IMG/VR virus record: IMGVR_UViG_3300034066_001606
DNA: 33,554 nucleotides
Direction: 5' to 3' (one strand)
From: an uncultured virus (IMG/VR IMGVR_UViG_3300034066_001606)
Taxonomy: Duplodnaviria > Heunggongvirae > Uroviricota > Caudoviricetes
Shown here: piece after piece, positions 17,301 through 25,936 of the stretch
How the letters are laid out: each line of letters starts with the position of its first letter
How positions within the stretch are numbered: the first letter of the stretch is position 1
Position numbers and translations under genes: made by a program
Notes under the pieces: generated by a model
Database searches by the model: none
Told to the model about the DNA's origin: nothing
Seen by the model: only the letters and a program-made list of their open reading frames with translations

Positions 17301-17925
17301 GAATGGGTTTTTTACAAGTTACCATGATTTTATAAGTAGGATGCCAAAGAAAAATTGCAATAAGAAACATGTTGCATGTTTAATTTTGGTTGGTGCTTTT
17401 GATAAAATAGAACACATAAACAATCCCGAAGAAAGGAAGTTTTTATTGGAGAAGCATTACAACATAACACAAACACAATTGCCAGAAGAATATGTCGGTT
17501 TGAACGACGATAAGAGGTACTTTTGGGTATTACTACAGAAGTCGTTGGTTGGTTATGGTGACATTAGTTATAAGGATGTGTTGATGCAAAATAAAAATGG
17601 GAAAAAGTATATTGAATACTATGTTTCATACCAAAGGTTTTTAAAGTGTGCCGATTATACAGAAGTGTTGGTAGCTGGAATAGTGATTAACATTTTTATT
17701 AAGACAACAAAAAAGGGTGATAAAATGGTGGTGTTAATATTACAGCACAACAATGTTGAAATTGAAATTGTTATATGGAATGATTTTTATGAAAGGAACA
17801 ATGAATTTCTAGATAATTGTAAGGGTATGATGATGGCATTTTTTGGTAAAATACGTTATGACAACAAATATAAAATGTGTAATAAAGTCAATAGTACGGA
17901 AGATAGTTTTATAATTAAATTGTAA
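14395..17925 (+). CDS. dnaE: DNA polymerase III alpha subunit (family C)
   Basis: PHP LHVHTEY, GTGRGS, LLFERFLN, catalytic PDIDVD, HASAVVI, KEDILGL, LYRPGPM, VYQEQIM, YGFNRSHA, C-terminal OB fold. Confidence 0.97.
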   Translation: MQVKLEKWCADNFLSLNIIKENFLFDIGNIGKKFLLLSEKKKLFIGDLQLVLDEDELFVIEENEPDFFAFEFGGSFYYSKLVEKENDFGEIYFKIQFNDLKYIGVSNFTNYSEFPYLHVHTEYELMNGSHKAKDWCKKAKFMQYASVALADKNTLAGTLSMQMACKDNNIKSILGATYTIAVDYVEGMAELPQTYEMTFYVKNEQGWNNILLINKFVNVVYDGFIPEEILLQHGNGLIGVIATKHRFNWVKDVATSISTINLFAEAFDSLFYQIDSNEQYDDKLDIKNLENIKYYLQNCYSILEPLLVNDTYYLDREMYPLKEMLNNVSKKAQTYSEDQFLKSNIEIEQQLRPMFNNYNFDEFYSNCVNNAMYIHSECNFSIATGTHKLPKYKFSENYDNNEDLFFDLIQKGIDKKLYYVKTDAEMEVYLQRIEKEAKLIVGAGFTDYFLILWDILKWSRENGIMVGTGRGSIGGCLLAYLIDIIDVDPVKYDLLFERFLNETRVSGERAKQADSLPDIDVDVASNRRDDVKNYIKERFGKFHTCSIGTFGRLKLKGAIKDFARVKGLSFDKVNAITKSIDDEIEYTFEDFVGYATKSKELYNFFQEYPDVIKLTKYCLGQAKTASIHASAVVIVPEFDANGKQMDIFNWMPIRNVGGVLISEWEGKYIDKAGFLKEDILGLSQLDKFKFSLDLIRKNYNKKIDLNKIDFAQKGVFKMFKDGETEDVFQFGSVGLKKYSHMAKPDTIEDLTAMTSLYRPGPMDSNAHIDFANIKAGKKEAHYDFGLREVTENTFGLLVYQEQIMKSVVVLGGFSLVESDLMRTVMKKKDVVTLNSYKEKFIDGATSRGCEPKEAEKIWLKLLAFSAYGFNRSHALAYSLISYQSQWLKYNYPLEFWTSSLNFADEKTISNKVAELNKLKQGISLVPPDINYSDLSFTCNVEFKEIYWSLSQIKNLGEAVVRNIIDERDKNGFFTSYHDFISRMPKKNCNKKHVACLILVGAFDKIEHINNPEERKFLLEKHYNITQTQLPEEYVGLNDDKRYFWVLLQKSLVGYGDISYKDVLMQNKNGKKYIEYYVSYQRFLKCADYTEVLVAGIVINIFIKTTKKGDKMVVLILQHNNVEIEIVIWNDFYERNNEFLDNCKGMMMAFFGKIRYDNKYKMCNKVNSTEDSFIIKL

Positions 17926-17929
17926 CAAA

Positions 17930-18571
17930 ATGAAAAATAGGACATTAAATTTCTTGGATGAAAAATATTCAAGAAATATGGATAACATTACTAGGTTTAG
18001 CCTAGAAAGGACTTTAAGAAAAGAAACATTGGCTGGACATAGTTGGTGGGTTTCATTTTTTACAATGTCAATGATTAATGACATTAAAAACATTGACAAA
18101 AGCTTAATTGTTGAACAATTTGAATTGGATTGCATTAAGTATGCAATTATACACGATTTTAAGGATGAAATTTTTACTGGAGACCTTGACCATAATTTGA
18201 AATATAATGAGTTTAATGGTAGAAAAATTAGAAAATGTGTTGAACTTTATGGTAAAAAGGCATTGGAAACCAATTATGGTGAAAAGAATGTTGTTGAATT
18301 TTCACAAACAGATATTGGTGTTATAAAGGACTTTGTTAAGGTGGCTGATTGGTTGGCATTAATTAAAGAAGTTGTTGCCGAAATTTCATTGGGCAATAAA
18401 AACAGCATAAAGATATTAGACTATGCTTTTTTAAAAATGAATTCACATTTAGATAATTATATTAGTTATTTGAAAATTGGCAATAAAGCTAATAAGATGG
18501 CTAATTACTTTAAGAAAATGAAAGTTGAACTGGAAGGATTTGAAACAATTAAAAAACTAAAATATGAGTAA
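17930..18571 (+). CDS. HD-domain phosphohydrolase (YfbR/DatZ-like 5'-deoxynucleotidase)
   Basis: R(F)..ETLAGHSW, IIHDF.DEIFTGD....LK and VKVADWL match the YfbR-type HD pattern. Confidence 0.85.
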   Translation: MKNRTLNFLDEKYSRNMDNITRFSLERTLRKETLAGHSWWVSFFTMSMINDIKNIDKSLIVEQFELDCIKYAIIHDFKDEIFTGDLDHNLKYNEFNGRKIRKCVELYGKKALETNYGEKNVVEFSQTDIGVIKDFVKVADWLALIKEVVAEISLGNKNSIKILDYAFLKMNSHLDNYISYLKIGNKANKMANYFKKMKVELEGFETIKKLKYE

Positions 18572-18935
18572 AAATGATTTGATTTTAAAGGCTGAAATGC
18601 TAAAGCCTATTGATAACTACAGCACTGAAGAGGTAGCCGATTTTATGGCAATGATGTACCCTAAGATGGTTACATTTTTTGCAAGTAAGGATATAAATTA
18701 CGGAGGTAGTTGGCAAAAGAGGGGGTTACTAGGTGTGGAAGCAAATTTCGAAAGGAAGATTGATAGAATTGAAGCACAATTTTACAATGGCACTATTACT
18801 AAAGAAACAAACGAAAACATTGCAGACACATTAATTGACAATGCAATATACAGCATGATGTACTTGTTTTTCTTAAGCAATAAGTTACCACATGTAAAGG
18901 AAGAGATTAATAAGTTTTTGACGCAAAAATTATAA
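18564..18935 (+). CDS. DUF1599 / nucleotide modification associated domain 1 (MazG-like all-alpha NTP pyrophosphatase fold)
   Basis: K...YGGSW..RG..G....ERKIDR......ENIADTLIDNAIYS. Confidence 0.8.
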   Translation: MSKNDLILKAEMLKPIDNYSTEEVADFMAMMYPKMVTFFASKDINYGGSWQKRGLLGVEANFERKIDRIEAQFYNGTITKETNENIADTLIDNAIYSMMYLFFLSNKLPHVKEEINKFLTQKL

Positions 18936-18938
18936 ATT

Positions 18939-19526
18939 ATGGATAATAATAGTAGGGCAATAATTGAATTAAAAAATGGTGAAAAGATTTCACTTAACAG
19001 CGTTCTTTTTGAAAACGACGAAGACATAAACTTGGATGAGTTGTTTAGGATTGACATAAAAAATCTAGTACATGAAATTGTTACATTCCCAATAGTGTTG
19101 AACCAATTGGGTTTATTACTAGCTGAAGCCAATTCACAACTATCAGAAAAGAAACTTGACTTGGAAATTTATGTTGCAAAGCGCAAAGAGTTTTTTAGAA
19201 AAAGGGCAATGAATGACGACGATACCGAGGATGAAGAGGGGTTAAATAAAAAGGCAAAGCCTAGTAGACCTAAGAAACTTTCGGTTGATGAAATTGATAG
19301 CCTTGTAACACTAGACCCTGGATATGCAGTAAAGAAAAGAAAGCTTATTGAAATACAGAAGCAAGTTGATTATGTTACTAGCATATTTTGGAGCGGTAAA
19401 AGTAAAGATGAAAAACTAAACAAAATGAGCCTTACATTAAAAGAGGGTGATATATACGATTCATTAGTGAACAATAATATTAATAGAATTAATTATGTTA
19501 CAATCAGAAATGTAAGAACCAAATAA
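18939..19526 (+). CDS. Putative recombination mediator (UvsY-like coiled coil)
   Basis: Helical coiled-coil protein (EIDSLVTLDPGY..K.KLIE.QKQVDYV...KSKDEKL) directly upstream of SSB and RecA. The call is from pattern plus synteny. Confidence 0.5.
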   Translation: MDNNSRAIIELKNGEKISLNSVLFENDEDINLDELFRIDIKNLVHEIVTFPIVLNQLGLLLAEANSQLSEKKLDLEIYVAKRKEFFRKRAMNDDDTEDEEGLNKKAKPSRPKKLSVDEIDSLVTLDPGYAVKKRKLIEIQKQVDYVTSIFWSGKSKDEKLNKMSLTLKEGDIYDSLVNNNINRINYVTIRNVRTK

Positions 19527-19527
19527 A

Positions 19528-19562
19528 GAATGTTATAAAACAAATAAAACAAATAAAACAAA
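19528..19562 (+). promoter_or_regulatory. GAATGTTA motif followed by an (TAAAACAAA)x3 leader
   Basis: GAATGTTA at 19528-19535, then three tandem 9-mers at 19536-19562 before ATG 19571. Confidence 0.5.
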
Positions 19563-19570
19563 ATATAAAC

Positions 19571-20782
19571 ATGGCAAACGAATTAAGAAAAAAGTATGCG
19601 TCAACTAGTGTTGACGAACTAAAAAAAGCACGAGATGCTGAAAATTCCGTAATCGGGAACTCTGGTGGTAGAAGTGAATTTTTAAAATTTGTGAATGGTG
19701 TAAACAAATTTAGAATTTACCCAAAGCATGAGGGTGAAAATTTATTTTACAAGATGCGTTCGGTGCATTGGATTACCATTGAAAAAGAGGGTAAGGAACG
19801 TAGAAGAAACGTATGTAATGGTAAAATACATGGTGGATTGAAAAAAGATGTAATTGAAGCCTATGTTGAATTTGTGCAAATGAAATTGGGTGCTAGTACC
19901 AATGCTGATAACCAAGAAAAAGTAAAGGCATTGACTGGCGAAAAAACTGGACTACAAATGAAAACCACATGGATTTGCTATGCCGACAAGCACATGCCTG
20001 ATGATAAGGAATTTGGATTACTTGAAATGAAGAAAACCGTTCGTGATGCAATTATGGATTTAAACATTATTGAAGACGAAGAGGAAGCGTTTACAAGCGA
20101 TGTGTTTACTGACATTGAGGAGGGTAGGTTGGCATTAATTACTTACGATTCAAATGCAAAGAAGGCAAGTGATTACTACAAAACAGCAGTAAGCAAAAAA
20201 GTAGTTCCACTAAGTGATGAAGACCTTGAAGCATTTGATGCAGTTACTCCGTTGTCAAAACTTGAAATGTTTAGCTACAGCAGAAAGGATTTCCAATTAG
20301 CACTTGAGGGTATTGAATATTTTGATAACTTACATGAAATTAACTTGTTTGACGATGAGGACTTCCAAGAAATTGTAGCAAGTATTTCTAAGGGTGTTGG
20401 TGGAAGCGTTGCAACAGATGCAAAGTCTGAAAAGGTTGCACCTAAAGCAAAGCCGAAACCAAAGCCAGAACCTGAGGAAGCCGAGGAAGAAGAGGAAGAA
20501 GAGGTTAAGCCTAAAGCAAAAAGCAAAAAAGCTACCGATAAGTTTGACGAAATGGATAGAAACGAATTAAAGGTTTTTAAAAATGAAAATGAAATAAATG
20601 ATTTTAAAGTTTTTCAAACAACAACGGATGACCAAATTCGTGATGGTTTAAGGGAATGGGAAATGACACAAAATGCTGAGGAAGAAGTTGAAGAAGTTGA
20701 GGAAGTTGAGGAAGAAGAAGAAACCGAAGTAAAGCCTAAAGCCAATTTAAGTGCATTGAGAAAAAAGATGGGTTTAAAGTAA
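19571..20782 (+). CDS. Single-stranded DNA-binding protein (gp32-like) with long charged C-terminal region
   Basis: FLKF..G.NKFRIYP....F.....HW N-terminal pattern of gp32-like SSBs, DVFTDIEEGR, acidic blocks, directly upstream of RecA. Confidence 0.7.
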   Translation: MANELRKKYASTSVDELKKARDAENSVIGNSGGRSEFLKFVNGVNKFRIYPKHEGENLFYKMRSVHWITIEKEGKERRRNVCNGKIHGGLKKDVIEAYVEFVQMKLGASTNADNQEKVKALTGEKTGLQMKTTWICYADKHMPDDKEFGLLEMKKTVRDAIMDLNIIEDEEEAFTSDVFTDIEEGRLALITYDSNAKKASDYYKTAVSKKVVPLSDEDLEAFDAVTPLSKLEMFSYSRKDFQLALEGIEYFDNLHEINLFDDEDFQEIVASISKGVGGSVATDAKSEKVAPKAKPKPKPEPEEAEEEEEEEVKPKAKSKKATDKFDEMDRNELKVFKNENEINDFKVFQTTTDDQIRDGLREWEMTQNAEEEVEEVEEVEEEEETEVKPKANLSALRKKMGLK

Positions 20783-20804
20783 AATAAAATTCACACTATA
20801 ATTC

Positions 20805-20837
20805 AAAGCCATGTAAGCAATTACATGGTTTTTTTTT
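20805..20837 (+). terminator. Rho-independent terminator
   Basis: AAAGCCATGTAA-GCAA-TTACATGGTTTT stem with GNRA loop and T9. Confidence 0.85.
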
Positions 20838-20866
20838 ATGAAAGTTAATAACAAAAAATAAACAAA

Positions 20867-21970
20867 ATGGGTAGCAATAGCATAATTAATAAATTGACAA
20901 AAATGTTCAATGAAACAGATGTTATAAAATTTGCAGACAAGGACAATTTTAATGATGTTGTTTCATGGATACCAAGTGGTGTTCCTTCATTGGATTTTAC
21001 AATGGGTACATTAGGGTATCCCCCTGGAGTTGTTGAGATAGCTGGAAAATCTAGAAGTGGTAAAACTACATTGGGTTTAACAGCTATTAAGTATTTCCAA
21101 AAGCAACATAGGGAAGATGGGGTTGCAATAATATTGAGTTCTGAAAATAGAGACAATAAGCAATATGCTAAAAAGATGGGTGTTGATGTTGACAATGTTA
21201 TTATAATAAAAAGCAAATATGTTGAGGATTTGTTTTTCAAACTACAGCTTAATATTAATTATGTTAAGAAAATATGGGCTGATGAAAAAAGGGAAGGTAA
21301 GCCTCCAATAGTTATAATGTGGGATAGTGTTGGTGCTACTTTGAGTAGGGCGGAATTTGAAACATTTACTGAGAATGTAAAGAAAATGGAAAAGAGCCTA
21401 GAGAAAGGTACTAAGTTTGAAATAGACCATGCTCAGGTAGCTAGTTTTGCTAAGAATGCTAAGATGATGGTAAAAGCCATACTAGGTAATTTATACGAAG
21501 ATAACATTACACTAATAGCAATTAACCATACTGGAGATAAGATTGGTAACATGCAAAAAGGTAGAAAATCTTATGGTGGTGAGTGGGTTGAATATTTACC
21601 AACAATAAGGTTGGAAACATTGCTAATTAAGCACATTAGTTTGGATGATGTTGAAGTAGCACAAATCACTAAAATAAAAATTGTAAAAAATGATTTTGGT
21701 ACTAGGGAACCTGCTGAAATTGAAATACTATTGGGAGTAGGTGTGGTGTTATCTGAATCCGATATAAATTTTGCGGTTGAAAATGGTATAATTACCAAGG
21801 AAGGAACTAAGTTTAGTTTTATGGGTGGCAAACTTACATGGAAGTCACCTAGAACCTTTTACCAATTGTACAATGATGGCAATAAGCTATTGGATATCTT
21901 GTACAGCAAAATACAAAAGATAAGACATGAAAGTGTTAGAAATTCTAAAAAGGTAATGAACGATGAGTAA
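20867..21970 (+). CDS. recA: RecA/UvsX-like recombinase
   Basis: IPSGVPSLD, VEIAGKSRSGKTT, YAKKMGVD, WDSVGA, LIAINH, YGGE, KIVKND. Confidence 0.92.
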   Translation: MGSNSIINKLTKMFNETDVIKFADKDNFNDVVSWIPSGVPSLDFTMGTLGYPPGVVEIAGKSRSGKTTLGLTAIKYFQKQHREDGVAIILSSENRDNKQYAKKMGVDVDNVIIIKSKYVEDLFFKLQLNINYVKKIWADEKREGKPPIVIMWDSVGATLSRAEFETFTENVKKMEKSLEKGTKFEIDHAQVASFAKNAKMMVKAILGNLYEDNITLIAINHTGDKIGNMQKGRKSYGGEWVEYLPTIRLETLLIKHISLDDVEVAQITKIKIVKNDFGTREPAEIEILLGVGVVLSESDINFAVENGIITKEGTKFSFMGGKLTWKSPRTFYQLYNDGNKLLDILYSKIQKIRHESVRNSKKVMNDE

Positions 21971-23027
21971 GAATACCAATAAGCCAATGTTTGTGTGCAT
22001 TACAGATACACATTTAAAGGTAACAAACTTAGATTTGGTGTACGATATATTTGTCCAATTGGTTGAGCATTGCTATGTCTTGAAATGCTATAGGGTTGTA
22101 CATTTAGGTGATTGGTTTAATAGTAGGGAGGAACAGCCTTTTGAATGCCTTTTAATGTGCCAAAAAATAAAGAACTATTTACAAGAAATGGGAATACAGC
22201 TAATTACAATAGTTGGAAACCACGATAAGGTTGATTTAAGTAAAAGTGAAAGCTATTTGGACATTTACAGCAACGATGACTTGTTTAAAGTTATTGGGGA
22301 ATTTGAAGTAATTACATTTGGTTCTGTAGCGGTTCATTTTTTAAGTTACTTCAAGGAAGGAAGTGTATATAAGGAAAAGTTACTTAAAGCGCAAAATGAG
22401 TCGGTAAAATACTCTAAAAACATACTTTGCACACATACAGCGATAAGCGGTGTTAGAAATAATGGTGGTGGCATTGTAGAAAACGAAAATCCTAGCAATG
22501 GTTACAATTGTTTTGATTTGGTATTGGTTGGTCATTACCACAATAAACAGAAAGTAGGTTCTAGGATAAATTACATTGGTAGCGCATACCAAGCAAATTT
22601 TGGTGAGGATGAAGAAAAGGGTATTACAATTGTTTACGACAATTTAGCCATTGAACAAGTGCAATTAAATTTTCCAAAATTCAAACAATTTAAAATTAAT
22701 GTTGATGATGATAAATTAATATCCAAGTCATTAGCAGAAATAAGTAATGAAGTTGATGGTGGGAGTGGCGATAATTATAGGGTTTTGTTTTGTGGTGATA
22801 AAAACAAAGTGGAACTCTTTAATGTAAGCGGTTTTTTAAGCATGGGGGTTGAATGCAAAAAGGAAGGAATAGTTAACGAGGTTGAATTTGATGAAATTGA
22901 AGATGCTGAATTGGTTGTGTTTGATAATAACATGTTGGGGTTGGAGTGGGTTAAGTATGCTACTGAAAACAAATTTAATAAAAAGCATTTAAGCGGTGGC
23001 TCAATTTTAATAAAAGAAACAAATTAG
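21963..23027 (+). CDS. sbcD: Mre11/SbcD-like nuclease
   Basis: Metallophosphoesterase motifs TDTH, LGDWF, GNHD, HT, GHYH and YIGS. Adjacent to an SMC ATPase. Confidence 0.9.
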   Translation: MSKNTNKPMFVCITDTHLKVTNLDLVYDIFVQLVEHCYVLKCYRVVHLGDWFNSREEQPFECLLMCQKIKNYLQEMGIQLITIVGNHDKVDLSKSESYLDIYSNDDLFKVIGEFEVITFGSVAVHFLSYFKEGSVYKEKLLKAQNESVKYSKNILCTHTAISGVRNNGGGIVENENPSNGYNCFDLVLVGHYHNKQKVGSRINYIGSAYQANFGEDEEKGITIVYDNLAIEQVQLNFPKFKQFKINVDDDKLISKSLAEISNEVDGGSGDNYRVLFCGDKNKVELFNVSGFLSMGVECKKEGIVNEVEFDEIEDAELVVFDNNMLGLEWVKYATENKFNKKHLSGGSILIKETN

Positions 23028-23028
23028 T

Positions 23029-24864
23029 ATGTGGAATCTTAAAACAATAAAAATAGTAAATTTACTAAGTCATGAAAAAACTTTGCACATATTTAATGCA
23101 AATGTGATGACATTGTTTGTTGGTAAGAATGGTAGCGGTAAGAGTGGTATAAATGAGGGTGTATCGTTAGCGATTACAGGAGATATTACTAGGGGTGTTG
23201 GTAAGGATGAATACATAAAGAAAGGTGAAGATTTTTGTAGTGTTGATTTACTTATGGTAAACAAGGTTTTGGATAAAAAGATGAGGATAGTAAGAAACAT
23301 ATTCCTTAAGAAAACCTCCACATTGGATATTTTTATTGATGGTGTAAAAAAGGAATTTGCTAGTATAAGCAATGGTGATGCGTTTATATTCAGCGAAATA
23401 GGGTTTAGCAAAGAAGATTTTTTAAACTATTTTCTGATTGCACAAAGCAATAATAACAGCTTCTTTTCTAGTTCTGATACAAAGCAAAAAGAAATTATAA
23501 GTAGGTTTAGTAATTACAAGCCAATAGATTTGATTTTAACTAAGTTAAAAAATGAGGAATTAAAAAAGCTTACTGAAATTGCACAAATTGAAAATAGTTT
23601 AAGTAACATAAATTCAAAAATTGAGGTTCACGAAGAAAGCATTGAATTGCTTAAACAAACATTTGATTCCAACAAAGCAGAAAAGTTGAACCAAATAAAA
23701 GAAGATAAAAAATATTACATAGGGTTGCTTACTGAATTGGTAAAGCGTTCTGAAACCCTACAAAGTGATTTAAAAACCAAAGCCTTAAAGCTGAAGGAAA
23801 TGGTTGTGCCAGATGGTGATGTTATTGAAAGAAATATTTCTAGGCTAAAATTGAAGTTAAAACAAAGCGTTGCAGAAAAAACTGAAGCCAATGAAATGGA
23901 GTCAGAACTTGAAGTAATTATGTTTGGTAAAATTACTTGTCCAAAATGTGAGCATAATTTCATTATTGGTGGTGAGCATAACATAAGTGATGTTGAGGAA
24001 AACCTAAAGCAAATTAAAAAACTAAGTAAGGATATTGCCAATAGCATAATAGAAATAGAAAGCAAAATAAGGGAGAAGCGTGACAAGCTATCTAAAATTG
24101 TTACAAAAATGGAGCTGAGTAATGATTTAAAGGATGGTATTGATAATATAAATAGGGCAATAGCAAAAATTGAAATAGATAATAAAAACTATACAGCAAG
24201 TGTTGAAAAATGTGATTTAAAAATAGCTGAAGAAGAAGCTAAAACAATGAATAACGAGATACAAGTAATTGCTGACAAAATAGAGCATTTAAGGGGTGAC
24301 AATTACAACAATAAGCTTAAAGAAATTGAAGCAATTAAGTTAAGCCTTGAAGATAACAAGTTTTATCAGTTGCACTTTAGTAATAAGGGGTTTAAGTCTT
24401 ACCTAGCAAGAAAGAGCATAAAAAACATACAAGATATTTGCAATTGGTATTTAATAAAATTTAATATAAATTTGCAAGTCAGTATAAGTGGGTACACTAC
24501 ATTGAAGAGCGGTGAAGTTAGGGATAAAATTGAGGTTACAATAATACGGAATGGATACGAAAGAGGGGCATTTAAAAAGCATAGTGGTGGTGAAAAGAAT
24601 AGGGTTGATTTGTGTGGTCTTCTAACATTAAACAAACTAGTAAACAATAGTGTTGAATATGGTAGGGGTTTAAACTTATTAATTGTTGATGAGTACGTTG
24701 GGTATTTGGATGCAGAAGGAAAACATGAGATAATTGATATATTATCTAATAGTGGTATTACAAGTATATTGGTGATGCACGAGGTTGGTAAAATACAATA
24801 TGAAAACAAATTGTATTTCAATAAAATAAATGGTGAAACTAAAATTAGTAAGAATGAAAAATAA
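23029..24864 (+). CDS. sbcC: Rad50/SbcC-like SMC ATPase
   Basis: Walker A GKNGSGKS, Q-loop, coiled coils with CPKC zinc hook, SGGEK signature, LLIVDE, YLD D-loop, VMH. Confidence 0.92.
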   Translation: MWNLKTIKIVNLLSHEKTLHIFNANVMTLFVGKNGSGKSGINEGVSLAITGDITRGVGKDEYIKKGEDFCSVDLLMVNKVLDKKMRIVRNIFLKKTSTLDIFIDGVKKEFASISNGDAFIFSEIGFSKEDFLNYFLIAQSNNNSFFSSSDTKQKEIISRFSNYKPIDLILTKLKNEELKKLTEIAQIENSLSNINSKIEVHEESIELLKQTFDSNKAEKLNQIKEDKKYYIGLLTELVKRSETLQSDLKTKALKLKEMVVPDGDVIERNISRLKLKLKQSVAEKTEANEMESELEVIMFGKITCPKCEHNFIIGGEHNISDVEENLKQIKKLSKDIANSIIEIESKIREKRDKLSKIVTKMELSNDLKDGIDNINRAIAKIEIDNKNYTASVEKCDLKIAEEEAKTMNNEIQVIADKIEHLRGDNYNNKLKEIEAIKLSLEDNKFYQLHFSNKGFKSYLARKSIKNIQDICNWYLIKFNINLQVSISGYTTLKSGEVRDKIEVTIIRNGYERGAFKKHSGGEKNRVDLCGLLTLNKLVNNSVEYGRGLNLLIVDEYVGYLDAEGKHEIIDILSNSGITSILVMHEVGKIQYENKLYFNKINGETKISKNEK

Positions 24865-25309
24865 TGTAAACATACTAGCTATTGACCCTGCGACTAAGAT
24901 GGGTTTTGCCACTAGTACAGGATTCCATGGGATGAGGGATTTTAAAACAAAGAAGGATGAAAGTAATGGCATTAAGTTGCTTCAGTTTAAGAAATTTTTA
25001 ATAGACACTATTACTACCGAAAACATTAATTTGGTGGCATTTGAGCGTCCAGCTGGAAGGTTTAAGAATGATATTGTTGCTCATGCTAAGTGGGTTGCAA
25101 TTATTGAATCTGTTTGTACCGAAAAGGATATTGAATACGTTGCATATTCACCTTCAGAAATAAAGTTACATGCTACAGGAAAAGGAAATGCTAGTAAAGC
25201 ATTGATGATAAAACATGCTATTTTAAAATACAAGATTTTAGTGAAGGATGACAATGAAGCAGATGCATTACACATACTTGATTTAGCAAAAACAAATTAC
25301 TATGTTTAA
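24854..25309 (+). CDS. ruvC: RuvC-like Holliday junction resolvase
   Basis: ILAIDP, VAFE, PSEIK..ATGKGNASK, DDNEADA. Start moved to ATG 24854. Confidence 0.9.
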   Translation: MKNNVNILAIDPATKMGFATSTGFHGMRDFKTKKDESNGIKLLQFKKFLIDTITTENINLVAFERPAGRFKNDIVAHAKWVAIIESVCTEKDIEYVAYSPSEIKLHATGKGNASKALMIKHAILKYKILVKDDNEADALHILDLAKTNYYV

Positions 25310-25637
25310 AGAATTTAACCAATTAGAAAATTTTAGCATATCGTCACAAAGTGATTTCAACGATAGTATATTTAGCGGTGTTGATAAAATGTTAGGTGTT
25401 CCTAAATATGATGACTTGCTTATAGCAATTAGTACAGATGATGTCAATAGTGAGCAAGTAATTGAAAAATTTTTATTCATACAATCTTATGGTGAAAATG
25501 AGTTAATTGACGATGACATTGAAATATTTATACTGGACGATTACAAATTTTGTTTAATTGATTTGTATGATGGGGTGTATGCAATTATAATTAAGAAAAA
25601 CAATTTGAAAAACATTGTGGATTTATTAAAAGATTAG
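25302..25637 (+). CDS. Hypothetical acidic protein
   Basis: 111-aa ORF overlapping the ruvC stop. Confidence 0.65.
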   Translation: MFKEFNQLENFSISSQSDFNDSIFSGVDKMLGVPKYDDLLIAISTDDVNSEQVIEKFLFIQSYGENELIDDDIEIFILDDYKFCLIDLYDGVYAIIIKKNNLKNIVDLLKD

Positions 25638-25639
25638 AA

Positions 25640-25936
25640 ATGGCAAAGCAGAATACAACCTCTTTTGATTTTATGTGCATAAACGACTCATGTAAGAAGC
25701 GTGATATGTTTTACGTTGAAATAGTTGACGGTGAACCAATTGAGGCAAAATGTCCCGATTGCAACGAGGTTGCTGGAAGTTGTGGTAAAACCATATATGT
25801 TAAAAGCAATTTTGGTTTGTTAAATTTAGAAGGTAAGAAAAAAGTATTGCAAAATAGAAGTAAACAGCACTTCAACAAAAAAATTAAGGGCTACAAAGAA
25901 CATTTAAACAATGAAATAAGAAAGAAAAATGGATAG
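25640..25936 (+). CDS. Zinc-ribbon protein (FmdB-like)
   Basis: FDFMCINDSC...CPDC followed by a basic helical tail. Confidence 0.7.
   Translation: MAKQNTTSFDFMCINDSCKKRDMFYVEIVDGEPIEAKCPDCNEVAGSCGKTIYVKSNFGLLNLEGKKKVLQNRSKQHFNKKIKGYKEHLNNEIRKKNG

Noticed and set aside
17930..18935. Z-genome (2-aminoadenine) pathway from DatZ-like HD plus a MazG-like gene
   Set aside because: There is no PurZ in the window. The linked synthase is TS-family, which points to pyrimidine modification.
8088..21970. Inteins or introns in DnaB, DnaE or RecA
   Set aside because: Lengths and motif spacing are ordinary. No intein splice motifs or endonuclease inserts were seen.
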